A stretch of 15,612 bases of DNA, from NCBI GenBank assembly GCA_040256005.1, contig JBDZWC010000071.1, positions 1 to 15,612 on the forward strand, in the 5' to 3' direction. This document shows positions 1 through 8,061 of this stretch, one piece after another; within the stretch, counting starts at the first letter, position 1, and every line of letters begins with the position of its first letter. The notes below the pieces were generated by a model. It saw only the letters and a list, made by a program, of their open reading frames with translations. It was not told the DNA's origin and did no database searches. Origin of the DNA: Deinococcaceae bacterium (GTDB lineage: Bacteria > Deinococcota > Deinococci > Deinococcales > Trueperaceae). A program made the position numbers and the translations under genes.

Positions 1-1967
1 GAGAGCTCGATCAGGTCGCTGACGCCCGTGGCGTTCTGGCGCAGGAGCGCAGCCCCGGCGGTTTCGAGCGCCACGTCGGTGCCGCCGCCCATGGCGATGC
101 CGACGTCTGCGCGCGCCAGGGCAGGGGCGTCGTTGATGCCGTCGCCGACCATCGCGACCTTGCCGCGCTGCTTGAGCTGGTCGATGGCGGCGAGCTTCGC
201 CTCCGGCAGCAGCTCGCTCCTGGCTTCCAGGCCCAGGCCCTCAGCGATCGCCTGGCCGGTGCGGGCGTTGTCGCCGGTGAGCATCACGCTGTGGACGCCC
301 AGGCGCGTGAGGCGCCTCACGGCCTCGGCGGCGTCGTCCCTTGGCTCATCACGAATCGCGAGCAGGCCCAGCGGGGTGAGGTCTTGTAGCAGCACGACCA
401 CAGTCTTGCCCTGGAGTTCGAGGCCCGCGATGCGCTCCTCGACCTCGCCATCCAGGGGCGCTTGGCCGGCGGCGTACCGTGGCGAGCCGACGGCGTACTC
501 ACGGCCCTCGACGGTAGCGGTCACGGCCCGCCCCGCCAACGCCCGTGCGCCTTGAACTGGTGGGACGTCAAGGCCCTGGGCGCGCTCGAGGATGGCCTTG
601 GCGAGCGGGTGCGCGGAGCCCGTCTCGACCGCGGCCGCGAGCCTGAGCACCTCGACCTCGCTTACTGAAAAGGGCACAACGTCGGTGACGCGCGGCCGGT
701 TCTCGGTGAGGGTGCCGGTCTTGTCGAAGGCGACGGTCTTGATGTCGCCGATGCTCTCCAGCACGGCGCCGCCCTTGATCAGTAGTCCACGGCGCGCGCC
801 CGCGCTGATACCGGACGTGACTGCGGCGGGCACCGAGAGCACCAGGGCGCAGGGGCAGGCGATGAGCAAGAGCGCCAGTGACCGGTAGACCCACGCCTCC
901 CAGGAAGCTCCAAAGAGCAGCGGCGGCACCACGGCCACCAGGGCGGCTACCAGCATGGCGCCGGGCGTGTAGACACGGCTGAAGCGGTCGATGAAGCGAG
1001 CCACCGGCGCCTTGCTGGCCTCTGCCTCCTCGACCAGGTGGATGATCTTGGCGATGGTGCTGTCGCTGGCGGTCTTGTCCACCCGCACGGTGAGCACCGC
1101 GTCGGTGCTGATGCTGCCCGCGAACAGGCTCTCGCCCGTGCCCTTGGCGACCGGCATGCTCTCGCCCGTCACGGGGGACTCGTCGATGCCACCCGCCCCT
1201 TCTACGATGGTGCCGTCTGCCGGCACGCGTCCGCCCGGCTGCACACGCACGTGGTCACCCATACGCAGCGCCGCGACCGGAACCTCGCGCGCCCTTCCCC
1301 CCTCAAGCAGTAGAGCGGTCTTGGGGGCGAGCGCCGCCAGCGCCCTGATGCCCGCGCGGGCGCGGCCGGTGGCGACGCTCTCGAGCAGCTCGCCGATGGC
1401 GAAGAGGAACACCACGATCGCGCCCTCGGTCGCCTCGCCGATGGCGACAGCACCAAGCGCCGCCAGGGCGATGAGGGTGTTGATGGTGAACGGCTGACCC
1501 AGGCGCGTGCTCGCCCACGCCCTCCGCGCCAGGGGCGCCACGCCGATCAGCGTCGCGGCAGTGAAACCCCAAGGGGCAAGCGGCGGGAAGACAAGCGCCA
1601 GGAGCACGCTCATCACCAGCAGTGCCCCAGCGACGAGGACGGTGCCGCCCTTTGAGGTGCGGTGCCAGGCCGGTGACGGAGCTGGCGGGCCCAGCGGCTC
1701 TCGCTCTTCTGTCAGCGCGCGGTCGGTCTGGGCCTTCGGCGGGTAGCCGAGACTGGTGAGGTTACGCTCTACGGTCGCGCGGGTAACCAGCGCTTCATCG
1801 ATTGTCAGTCGGAGCTTCTGCGTCGTGAAGTTCACCTTCACGTCGCTGACGCCGTTCATGTGCCCCAGCGCGCCCTTGACCTTTCTGGCGCAGTCCGCGC
1901 AGTCCATGTTCTCGACGAAGAACACATAGGAAGCGATCACTTGGGCTGGTGGGCGCGAAAGAGCCAT
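1..1967 (-). CDS. zntA: Heavy-metal translocating P1B-type ATPase (ZntA/CadA-like, Zn/Cd/Pb); 3' end lies beyond the left edge
   Basis: Absent from the ORF track because there is no stop in the window. Manual translation from ATG 1967 gives MALSRPPAQVIASYVFFVENMDCADCARKV (HMA CxxC), then DESPVTGES, LLIACPCALVLSVP, FDKTGTLT, SAHPLAKAI, MLTGDN and MVGDGINDAPALARADVGIAMG. The frame is consistent from 1967 to position 3. Confidence 0.95.
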   Translation of the reverse strand, partial: MALSRPPAQVIASYVFFVENMDCADCARKVKGALGHMNGVSDVKVNFTTQKLRLTIDEALVTRATVERNLTSLGYPPKAQTDRALTEEREPLGPPAPSPAWHRTSKGGTVLVAGALLVMSVLLALVFPPLAPWGFTAATLIGVAPLARRAWASTRLGQPFTINTLIALAALGAVAIGEATEGAIVVFLFAIGELLESVATGRARAGIRALAALAPKTALLLEGGRAREVPVAALRMGDHVRVQPGGRVPADGTIVEGAGGIDESPVTGESMPVAKGTGESLFAGSISTDAVLTVRVDKTASDSTIAKIIHLVEEAEASKAPVARFIDRFSRVYTPGAMLVAALVAVVPPLLFGASWEAWVYRSLALLLIACPCALVLSVPAAVTSGISAGARRGLLIKGGAVLESIGDIKTVAFDKTGTLTENRPRVTDVVPFSVSEVEVLRLAAAVETGSAHPLAKAILERAQGLDVPPVQGARALAGRAVTATVEGREYAVGSPRYAAGQAPLDGEVEERIAGLELQGKTVVVLLQDLTPLGLLAIRDEPRDDAAEAVRRLTRLGVHSVMLTGDNARTGQAIAEGLGLEARSELLPEAKLAAIDQLKQRGKVAMVGDGINDAPALARADVGIAMGGGTDVALETAGAALLRQNATGVSDLIEL

Positions 1968-1973
1968 GGCTAG

Positions 1974-1979
1974 ATTCTA
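1974..1979 (-). promoter_or_regulatory. -10 element (TAGAAT) 6 nt upstream of the ATPase ATG; probable leaderless transcript
   Basis: Minus strand reads TAGAAT-CTAGCC-ATG with no Shine-Dalgarno sequence. Confidence 0.65.
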
Positions 1980-1983
1980 TTCG

Positions 1984-2008
1984 ATATCTGCACACTCATA
2001 CAGATGAA
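1984..2008. promoter_or_regulatory. Candidate SmtB/CzrA (ArsR-family) operator
   Basis: ATATCTGCACACTCATACAGATGAA contains the inverted repeat ATCTG-N10-CAGAT just upstream of the -10 of a Zn/Cd ATPase. Confidence 0.5.
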
Positions 2009-2090
2009 CTGTCGTCGGACGCTTTTGTCAGTTTTGGCGGTTGTTTGAATGAGTGGAACTGGAGAGACCTATAGCCCAGCGTGCTGTGTA

Positions 2091-2125
2091 GGTTGACGTC
2101 GGGTTGACAGCTACCTGACAGCTAC
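2091..2125 (+). repeat. Three phased 11-bp direct repeats (candidate integrase arm-type sites)
   Basis: TGAC occurs at 2094, 2105 and 2116. TGACAGCTAC is exact at 2105-2114 and 2116-2125, and GGTTGAC is exact at 2091 and 2102. Confidence 0.6.
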
Positions 2126-2239
2126 GGCGCTGTTACCCGACGATATGAGGCGGAGCCAGGGCTCGCCTAGACTCCCTGAAATCGCGTTCAGGAGCACACT
2201 CTGAGACGATATGGATCCAAGCGTAATGGCTAGCCGGCA

Positions 2240-2285
<46 letters not shown>

Positions 2286-2308
2286 TCAGAAATAGCGTCG
2301 TAGACGCG

Positions 2309-2340
2309 ATAAACGGACCCCGGCCCAGCGCCGGGGTTCG
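2309..2340 (-). terminator. Intrinsic terminator of the iron ABC operon (possibly also serving the original tRNA gene)
   Basis: Stem ACCCCGGC (2317-2324) / GCCGGGGT (2330-2337) with a 5-nt loop, directly after the stop at 2344 and followed by GTTTAT on the minus strand. Confidence 0.65.
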
Positions 2341-2343
2341 CGC

Positions 2344-3150
2344 TTAGGCGTCGGTTCGCAGCAACCGCAACGGGCAGCTCTGCGGCAGGCACAGCGGGGT
2401 GCCGCTAACGGGGTCTCTGACCACGCTGCACTCGATGCCGAAGACGTCGCAGACCAGACCGTGGTCCACGATCTCACGGGGATCGCCCTGGGCGATGACC
2501 GCGCCGTCCTTCATCGCCACCAGGTGGTGGGCGTACCGGCAGGCTTGGTTGATGTCATGCAGCACCATCACGATGGTGCGCCCCTCGCGCTCGTTCAGCT
2601 CGTCGAGCAGCGAGAGGATCTCGACCTGATGGGCCATGTCCAGGTAAGTGGTGGGCTCGTCGAGGAGAAGGACGGGCGTCTCCTGGGCCAGTGTCATGGC
2701 GATCCAAGCGCGCTGCTTCTGGCCGCCCGACAGCGTGTCTAGAGGCCTGTCGGCCAGGTCCGTCAGCCTCGTCGTCTGGAGGGCCCACGCCACCGCCTGG
2801 GCATCCCGTTCCGACCACTGCCTCAGCAAGCTCTGGTGCGGGTAACGGCCTTGCGACACGAGCTCGCGCACCGTCATGCCGTCGGGGGCCGCGGGTCCCT
2901 GCGGCAGCACGCCCAGGTGACGTGCCACCTCCTTGCTCGGCAGTTGAGCGATCGCCTTGCCGTCGAGGAGCACGGTGCCGGACTTGGGCGCCATCAACCG
3001 CGCCATGCCCCGCAGGAGCGTCGACTTCCCGCACCCGTTGGGGCCGATGAGCGCCGTGACCTTGCCGCTGGGTATGGAGAACGCCAGGTCACGTACGACC
3101 TCGGTCTGGTCGTAGGCGAGGGTCAGGTTGTGGGCGGCAAGCTGCGGCAT
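2344..3150 (-). CDS. fecE: Iron-complex ABC transporter ATP-binding protein (FecE/FhuC-like), 268 aa
   Basis: GPNGCGKST Walker [18 protein letters not shown] signature, [11 protein letters not shown]alker B and VLHDINQA. The start is placed at MPQLAAH (3150), just after the permease stop, with GGAG upstream. Confidence 0.93.
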   Translation of the reverse strand: MPQLAAHNLTLAYDQTEVVRDLAFSIPSGKVTALIGPNGCGKSTLLRGMARLMAPKSGTVLLDGKAIAQLPSKEVARHLGVLPQGPAAPDGMTVRELVSQGRYPHQSLLRQWSERDAQAVAWALQTTRLTDLADRPLDTLSGGQKQRAWIAMTLAQETPVLLLDEPTTYLDMAHQVEILSLLDELNEREGRTIVMVLHDINQACRYAHHLVAMKDGAVIAQGDPREIVDHGLVCDVFGIECSVVRDPVSGTPLCLPQSCPLRLLRTDA

Positions 3151-3152
3151 GC

Positions 3153-4208
3153 TCAGGATCTCCGTTCGCGCAACAGGAGGTATATCAGGTACGGGGCGCC
3201 CACGACGGCTGTCACTATGCCGACGGGCAGCTGGCTGGGTGCTATGACCGTCCTCCCGATCAGGTCGGCGACCAACAGCAGCAGGGCTCCGAGCAGAGCG
3301 CTCACCGGCAACAACGCCTCGTGGGAGGGGCCGACGAGGCGGCGGGCGGCATGCGGGGCGACGAGGCCAACGAACGCGATCGCCCCAGCGACGGCCACGG
3401 CGCCGCAGGCCAGTGCGACCGCCACCACGACCAACCATGTGCGCACCAGGTTCACGCGCTGACCCAGTGAGCGCGCCGCCTGCTCACCCAACGCCTGCAC
3501 GTTCAGCGCTCGTGCCCCCAGCAGCGCCGCTGGGGCCAGCACGAGAAGCCAGATGGCCAACGACTTCACGTGCTCCCAATCGCGGCCGTAGACGCTGCCC
3601 GTGAGCCAGAGCAGCGCCCGCTGGACGTCGGTGATGTCGCCCAGGACGATCAGGTAGGTGGTGAGGGCCGTCGCGACCGCCGACACGCCTATCCCCACCA
3701 GGATCAGCCTGACCGGCGAAGCGCCGTCTTTCCAGGCGAGCAGGTAGACCGCGGCGGCAGTGAACAGGCCCCCTAGGAGAGCAACCCACTGCAACAACGC
3801 GCCCGGAGCGGAGGGGGCGAGCGTTAGGAACGCGACCGCAGCGAGGCCCGCGCCCTGGCTGATGCCGAGGATGCCCGGTTCTGCCAGTCCGTTGCGGGTC
3901 ATCCCCTGGAGGACGGCGCCGGACATCCCGAGGGCCCCGCCCACGAGCGCGGCCAGCACGATGCGGGGCAGGCGGAACTGCCGCACTACTAGGGCGTGGT
4001 TGGGGTCGCCCGTATCGAGCCCGAGGACCGTCTTCACCACATCGAAGGGAGCGATGCGGTACTCGCCCTGAGCGGTGCTCAGTACGGCGGCCAGCACGAG
4101 GAGGGCTAGCAGGACGGCCGCTACGGGCACCACCCGTCGTGGCAGCCGGACCGACAAGCCGCCTGCGCGCGCGACGAGCCAGGTCCTGGTCGCCTCACTT
4201 GCACTCAT
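3153..4208 (-). CDS. fecD: Iron-complex ABC transporter permease (FecD/FhuG-like)
   Basis: [38 protein letters not shown] and [13 protein letters not shown] motifs; ATGA overlap with the upstream permease. Confidence 0.93.
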   Translation of the reverse strand: MSASEATRTWLVARAGGLSVRLPRRVVPVAAVLLALLVLAAVLSTAQGEYRIAPFDVVKTVLGLDTGDPNHALVVRQFRLPRIVLAALVGGALGMSGAVLQGMTRNGLAEPGILGISQGAGLAAVAFLTLAPSAPGALLQWVALLGGLFTAAAVYLLAWKDGASPVRLILVGIGVSAVATALTTYLIVLGDITDVQRALLWLTGSVYGRDWEHVKSLAIWLLVLAPAALLGARALNVQALGEQAARSLGQRVNLVRTWLVVVAVALACGAVAVAGAIAFVGLVAPHAARRLVGPSHEALLPVSALLGALLLLVADLIGRTVIAPSQLPVGIVTAVVGAPYLIYLLLRERRS

Positions 4209-5224
4209 CGACGCACCCTCGTCCGAGCCAGGTAGATGAAGAACGGTGCACCCAGCAGTGCCATCAGTACGCCGACAGGGATCTCCTGAGGTCGCAGGGC
4301 CACCCGGGCACCGATGTCACCCACGGTGACGAGCGCCGCGCCCAGGAGAGCGGAGTACGGCAGCACCCAGCGGTAGTCGACGCCGACCAGGAAGCGCGCC
4401 AGGTGAGGTGCGACCAGGCCGACGAAGCCGATGGGCCCGGCCAACGCCACGGCGCCTCCGGCCAGCAGGACGACAGCCGCCGCCGCCGACAGCTTCACCG
4501 CGGCCGAGCCCTGCCCGAGTCCCCTGGCTACGTCGTCGCCCAGCGAGAGGGTGGTGAGTTGGCGGGCGAGGGGCAGACCGAGGGCCAGGCCCACGAGCAT
4601 GTACGGAGCGGTCAACCTCAGAAGCTCCCAGTCGCGGCCGGCGAGGGAGCCCGCGGTCCAGAAGCGGACCTGGTCGAGGGTGTTCTGGTCGAGCAACAGC
4701 AGCGCGGTGGTCAGCGCGCCGAGGAACGCTGCCAGCACCGCGCCAGCCAGGGCCAGCCTCAGCGGGGAGTTGCCCGCCGCGCCGGTGGCCGCGGCCAGTC
4801 CGTACACGAGCGCACCTGCCAGTCCGGCGCCGGCCAGGGCGAACAACGCGTAGGTCGCGAGCGGCGGGTCACCGAGGACGAGGACCGCGGTGACCACCGC
4901 GAAGGCGGCGCCGGCGTTCACGCCCAGGATGCCTGGCGATGCCAGCGGGTTGCGGGTCAGAGCCTGCATGATCGCGCCCGCCACGGCCAGGGAGGCTCCC
5001 ACGAGCAGGCCGGCCACCATGCGCGGCAGCCGCACGGTGTGCAGGATCAGGTCGTTCAGCCGGTCCGTAGGAGCGAAGAGCCCGGCCAGCACTTCCGGTA
5101 GCGGTATCTGCAGGCTGCCGACGCCCAGGCTCACACCCAGGAGGAAAGCAACGGCGAGTCCGGCGCACGCGAGCCCGACGACGCGCTGCGGTCGACCCTT
5201 GCCCGCTCCCGCTACCGCTCGCAT
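4205..5224 (-). CDS. fecC: Iron-complex ABC transporter permease (FecC/FhuB-like)
   Basis: RLPRMVAG, MQALTRNPLASPGILGVNAGA, LSLGDDVARGLG and [12 protein letters not shown] motifs; AAGGA RBS. Confidence 0.93.
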   Translation of the reverse strand: MRAVAGAGKGRPQRVVGLACAGLAVAFLLGVSLGVGSLQIPLPEVLAGLFAPTDRLNDLILHTVRLPRMVAGLLVGASLAVAGAIMQALTRNPLASPGILGVNAGAAFAVVTAVLVLGDPPLATYALFALAGAGLAGALVYGLAAATGAAGNSPLRLALAGAVLAAFLGALTTALLLLDQNTLDQVRFWTAGSLAGRDWELLRLTAPYMLVGLALGLPLARQLTTLSLGDDVARGLGQGSAAVKLSAAAAVVLLAGGAVALAGPIGFVGLVAPHLARFLVGVDYRWVLPYSALLGAALVTVGDIGARVALRPQEIPVGVLMALLGAPFFIYLARTRVRR

Positions 5225-5230
5225 CTGTCC

Positions 5231-6196
5231 TTAGCCGGCGCCTTGGCAGGTCTGAGGGGTGCTCGACGGTTGGCCCGTGAGGAGGCCGCTGCCCGCCAGG
5301 TCATCCAGGATCAGATCGAAGGCGATGACGCCCCTGCCCTTGCTCCAGAGGTCGCGATCGAAGATGTATACCCGGCCGTCGCTCACGGCGTCGAGTGCGT
5401 TCCAGACCGGGTTGTCGGCCCACTCGTCCAGGGGTGTGCTGTCCGCCGGGTTGCAGAGGAGGACGAGCGCTTGCGGTTGCACTGCCGCGACACCCTCGAG
5501 GCTGAGGCTGAACTGCGTCTCGCCGCCCCGCGGTTCGACGGCAGCAGGTATGCCAAGGCTGTCCAGGAAGGAACCCATGAAGCTCTGGCTGGAATGAGCG
5601 GTGAAGAGACCGGGAGAAAGGACGCCGATGAGCGCAGGGGGCGCCTTGGGCGTGACCGTGGCGCGTGCCTGCTCGAAGGCGGCGCGATGCTGTTCGAGAG
5701 CGGTCGCGGCCTCGTCCGACAGGCCAAGTGCCGCGGCGAGCTTCTCGAAGGCCACCAGCTGGTCCTCGTAGGAGCCGCGCAGCGAGTCGAACACCAGGGT
5801 TGGCGCGATCGCGGAGAGCTGCTGGTAGATGGCTTCGTGCCGCCGCAGGTCCGCGACGATCAGGTCGGGTCGCAAAGCCACGATGGCCTCGAGGTTCGGT
5901 TCGGCCCTGGTTCCCACGCCTGGGACGGCCCCCACGTACGGCTCCAGGTAAGCCGGGATGTTGGCCTCCCTGGCGATACCGACAGGTGTGATCCCGAGCC
6001 TGGCCAGGTGGTCGGCGTACGAGTACTCGAGCGTCACGATCCGTTGCGGTCGCGCCGCCACGCAGGTCGTGCCCATCTCATGCTCGATGGCCTGACCGTC
6101 GCAAGCTGCCTGAGCGGTGGCGGAAGAGAAGGCGAGCGCGGCGGCCACACCCAGGAGCAGCCGGGTCGCGCGGCGCAGCAGGGCAACGTTGTTCAT
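5231..6196 (-). CDS. fecB: Iron-complex ABC transporter periplasmic binding protein (FecB-like), 321 aa
   Basis: Signal peptide ending ATA-Q, then RIVTLEYSYAD, VGTRAEPNLEAIVALRPDLIVAD..RH and LSAIAPT. ATG 6196 has a GAGGAG RBS. The substrate (citrate or siderophore) cannot be determined from sequence. Confidence 0.9.
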   Translation of the reverse strand: MNNVALLRRATRLLLGVAAALAFSSATAQAACDGQAIEHEMGTTCVAARPQRIVTLEYSYADHLARLGITPVGIAREANIPAYLEPYVGAVPGVGTRAEPNLEAIVALRPDLIVADLRRHEAIYQQLSAIAPTLVFDSLRGSYEDQLVAFEKLAAALGLSDEAATALEQHRAAFEQARATVTPKAPPALIGVLSPGLFTAHSSQSFMGSFLDSLGIPAAVEPRGGETQFSLSLEGVAAVQPQALVLLCNPADSTPLDEWADNPVWNALDAVSDGRVYIFDRDLWSKGRGVIAFDLILDDLAGSGLLTGQPSSTPQTCQGAG

Positions 6197-6247
6197 CGAG
6201 GTCTCCTCGGCAGTCGGTCTCGTCACGCAGGACGGGGAAGCTGACGT

Positions 6248-6272
6248 AATCCCTAGTACAGCGGTAGGGATT
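6248..6272. promoter_or_regulatory. Perfect 8-9-8 inverted repeat, candidate operator of the iron-uptake operon
   Basis: AATCCCTA-gtacagcgg-TAGGGATT lies immediately downstream of a minus-strand -10 candidate TAGACT (6278-6283). Confidence 0.55.
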
Positions 6273-6325
6273 CGCCGAGTCTATACAGGCTGTACCGGCC
6301 GCGCAAGCGCAGAGCGACGCAAGCC

Positions 6326-6347
6326 GACCTGATCTGGTGACCAGGTC
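6326..6347 (-). terminator. Hairpin downstream of the CsoR-like gene (possible terminator)
   Basis: Minus RNA GACCUGGU-CACCAG-AUCAGGUC gives 8 bp with one G-U pair; there is no clear U tract. Confidence 0.35.
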
Positions 6348-6371
6348 CGCGGAGGTTCGTGCGGCCGGGCC

Positions 6372-6641
6372 TCAGGCGAACATCATCAGGAGCTTCTCGA
6401 ACTCGTCGCGCGTCATACCGTCCTGACCGTCCCCGAGGGGAGCGGCCAGGCACTCGTGCATGGCGTTGCTCACCAGCGCGACGCCGGCCCGGTCGAGGGC
6501 TTTCGAGGTGGCGGCGAGCTGAGTCGCGACGTCAGGGCAGGGCCTGTCGTCCTCGACCGCCCTGACCACCGCGGCCAGCTGGCCCTGAGCGCGCCGCAAG
6601 CGGTTCAGGAGGCGACGCTTGGTGTGGGCGTCCAAGGTCAT
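6372..6641 (-). CDS. CsoR/RcnR-family transcriptional repressor, x-C-x-C (CstR-like) type
   Basis: LLNRLRRAQGQL...DRPCPDVATQLAA..ALD...NAMHEC fits the family pattern; ATGA overlap with the thioredoxin stop. Confidence 0.9.
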   Translation of the reverse strand: MTLDAHTKRRLLNRLRRAQGQLAAVVRAVEDDRPCPDVATQLAATSKALDRAGVALVSNAMHECLAAPLGDGQDGMTRDEFEKLLMMFA

Positions 6642-7030
6642 GCGCCGGCGGCGCCGGCCGACTCCTGTTCCTTGCGTTGCTCAGCGACCTTGGCGTGGAC
6701 GTCCTCCATGTCCAGGCCGCGCACCGCGGCGATGAGCTGTTCGAGCTGAGGGGCCATGAGGGCGCCTGGCTGGGCGTACACCAGCACGTTCTCGCGGAAG
6801 GCCATGAGCGTGGGGATCGACCGGATGTCGAACGCCGCCGCCAGCTCCTGTTGCGCCTCCGTGTCTATCTTCCCGAAGACGATGTCGGTATGCGTCTCGG
6901 CGGCTTTCTCGAAGATGGGTCCGAACATGCGGCAAGGTCCGCACCACTCCGCCCAGAAGTCGAGCAGCACTATGTCGTTGCCGGTGATCGTATCTTCGAT
7001 GGTCTCCGCCGTGATCTCTCTGGTTGCCAT
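6638..7030 (-). CDS. trxA: Thioredoxin, 130 aa
   Basis: LLDFWAEWCGPC, FGKIDTE and IRSIPTLM motifs. The start MATREIT at 7030 is preceded by TATACT-N7. Confidence 0.93.
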   Translation of the reverse strand: MATREITAETIEDTITGNDIVLLDFWAEWCGPCRMFGPIFEKAAETHTDIVFGKIDTEAQQELAAAFDIRSIPTLMAFRENVLVYAQPGALMAPQLEQLIAAVRGLDMEDVHAKVAEQRKEQESAGAAGA

Positions 7031-7037
7031 GGCGAGC

Positions 7038-7056
7038 AGTATACCCCCAGGGGTGT
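7038..7056. promoter_or_regulatory. CsoR-type operator overlapping the trxA -10 element
   Basis: ATACCCC-CA-GGGGTGT (7041-7056) is a G/C-tract palindrome with one mismatch. It overlaps the minus-strand TATACT (7038-7043). Confidence 0.8.
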
Positions 7057-7087
7057 TCTGAGACCGTTGCGGGGCACGCGTCGCCGG

Positions 7088-7093
7088 TACGAT
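7088..7093 (+). promoter_or_regulatory. -10 element (TACGAT) 6 nt before ATG 7100; probable leaderless transcript
   Basis: Plus strand reads TACGAT-CCACCC-ATG with no Shine-Dalgarno sequence. Confidence 0.6.
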
Positions 7094-7099
7094 CCACCC

Positions 7100-8026
7100 A
7101 TGACGGCCTTCCAACTCGGCCCGTTCGTCCTCAGCGCTCCGCGCTTCTATGCCGGCCTGGCTCTGCTGGTGCTGGTGTCTGTCGCGGAGCTCATGGCGTG
7201 GAGGACCCGCAGAGTGGTGACCGGAGGCCGGACGACCGCTCAGCCGAGCGCCACGGCCGACGGTTTCCACGCTGGCGCCGGGCGGCAGCGCGACGTCTCC
7301 TTGAAGGAGGCGCGCAGATACGACGCCGGCTGGGCGTGGACCGCCGCGCTGGCCGTGGTCGTGGGGGCACGCCTCGGCTATGTGGTCGAGAACCTGGCCC
7401 TGTTCGCGCGTGACCCGATCGCGATCCTGCAGTTCTGGCAGGGCGGGTTCTCGCCCTGGTGGGGTGTGGTCGCCGGCGCCGCCGTCGTGGGGTTGGCGGT
7501 GTGGCGCAGGCGGGTTCCCGTCGCCGGTGCCGCGCTGCCGGCCGTGGTGGCGTTGGCCACTTGGCTGGTGGTGCCGGCGCTGTTCACCGCGGCGCCCACC
7601 GCCGCGCAGGAGCTGCCTAATCTGACCCTGGAGACCCTGGCGGGCGACGAGCTGGACCTGAGCTCCCTCAAGGGCCAGCCGGTCGTCTTGAACCTCTGGG
7701 CGACGTGGTGTCCGCCGTGTCGGCGCGAGCTGCCGATGATGGCGGCCGCGGCGCGGTCCTTCCCGGACGTGAGGTTCGTGTTCGCCGACCAGGCCGAGCC
7801 GCGCGAAACCGTGGCGCGCTACCTCGAGGAGCAGGGCCTCCTGCTTGAGAGCGTGCTGCTGGACGACCGCGGCCGCTTGGGCTCGGAGTTCGGCAGCGTC
7901 GGACTACCGACGACGCTCTTCTTCGACAGCGAGGGCGTACACGTGCTCACGCACATCGGTGAGGTCTCTTCGGTGGCGATGGTGAACTACATCAGTGACC
8001 TCAGGGCAGGTGACTCCTCACGTTGA
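7100..8026 (+). CDS. Membrane-anchored TlpA/ResA-like thiol-disulfide oxidoreductase with an N-terminal Lgt-like membrane region, 308 aa
   Basis: N-terminus MTAFQLGPF...VGARLGYV...ILQFWQGGFS resembles the Lgt N-terminal region. The C-terminus has LKGQPVVLNLWATWCPPCRRELP...GLPTTLFFD. The start is reassigned from 6677 to 7100. Confidence 0.88.
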   Translation: MTAFQLGPFVLSAPRFYAGLALLVLVSVAELMAWRTRRVVTGGRTTAQPSATADGFHAGAGRQRDVSLKEARRYDAGWAWTAALAVVVGARLGYVVENLALFARDPIAILQFWQGGFSPWWGVVAGAAVVGLAVWRRRVPVAGAALPAVVALATWLVVPALFTAAPTAAQELPNLTLETLAGDELDLSSLKGQPVVLNLWATWCPPCRRELPMMAAAARSFPDVRFVFADQAEPRETVARYLEEQGLLLESVLLDDRGRLGSEFGSVGLPTTLFFDSEGVHVLTHIGEVSSVAMVNYISDLRAGDSSR

Positions 8027-8061
8027 GTACCTGCCGACTCAGGTCCCGTAGGATCGATCCC

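Noticed and set aside
28..1746. Plus-strand and alternate-frame ORFs over the ATPase
   Set aside because: These are antisense or frame shadows of the minus-strand P-type ATPase, typical of high-GC DNA.
2091..2125. CRISPR array or satellite repeat
   Set aside because: The units are 11 bp, adjacent, only three copies, with no spacers and no cas genes.
6197..6371. Cobalamin riboswitch upstream of the Fec/Btu-like transporter
   Set aside because: The region is short, and I cannot identify the B12-box or the conserved core architecture.
6372..6641. Copper-sensing CsoR controlling the nos copper genes
   Set aside because: It lacks the His ligand and Tyr of Cu-CsoRs, and its operator-like site is at trxA, with none seen upstream of nos.
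6677..7270. Extended N-termini from the ORF track (starts at 7270, 6677; likewise 3438, 12809 and 15245)
   Set aside because: Most would overlap neighbouring genes or promoters; the downstream starts have an RBS or leaderless -10 and match domain boundaries.
7100..7600. Functional prolipoprotein diacylglyceryl transferase (lgt)
   Set aside because: Only N-terminal Lgt-like motifs are present; the GRxGNF and HPSQLYE-type catalytic motifs are missing.
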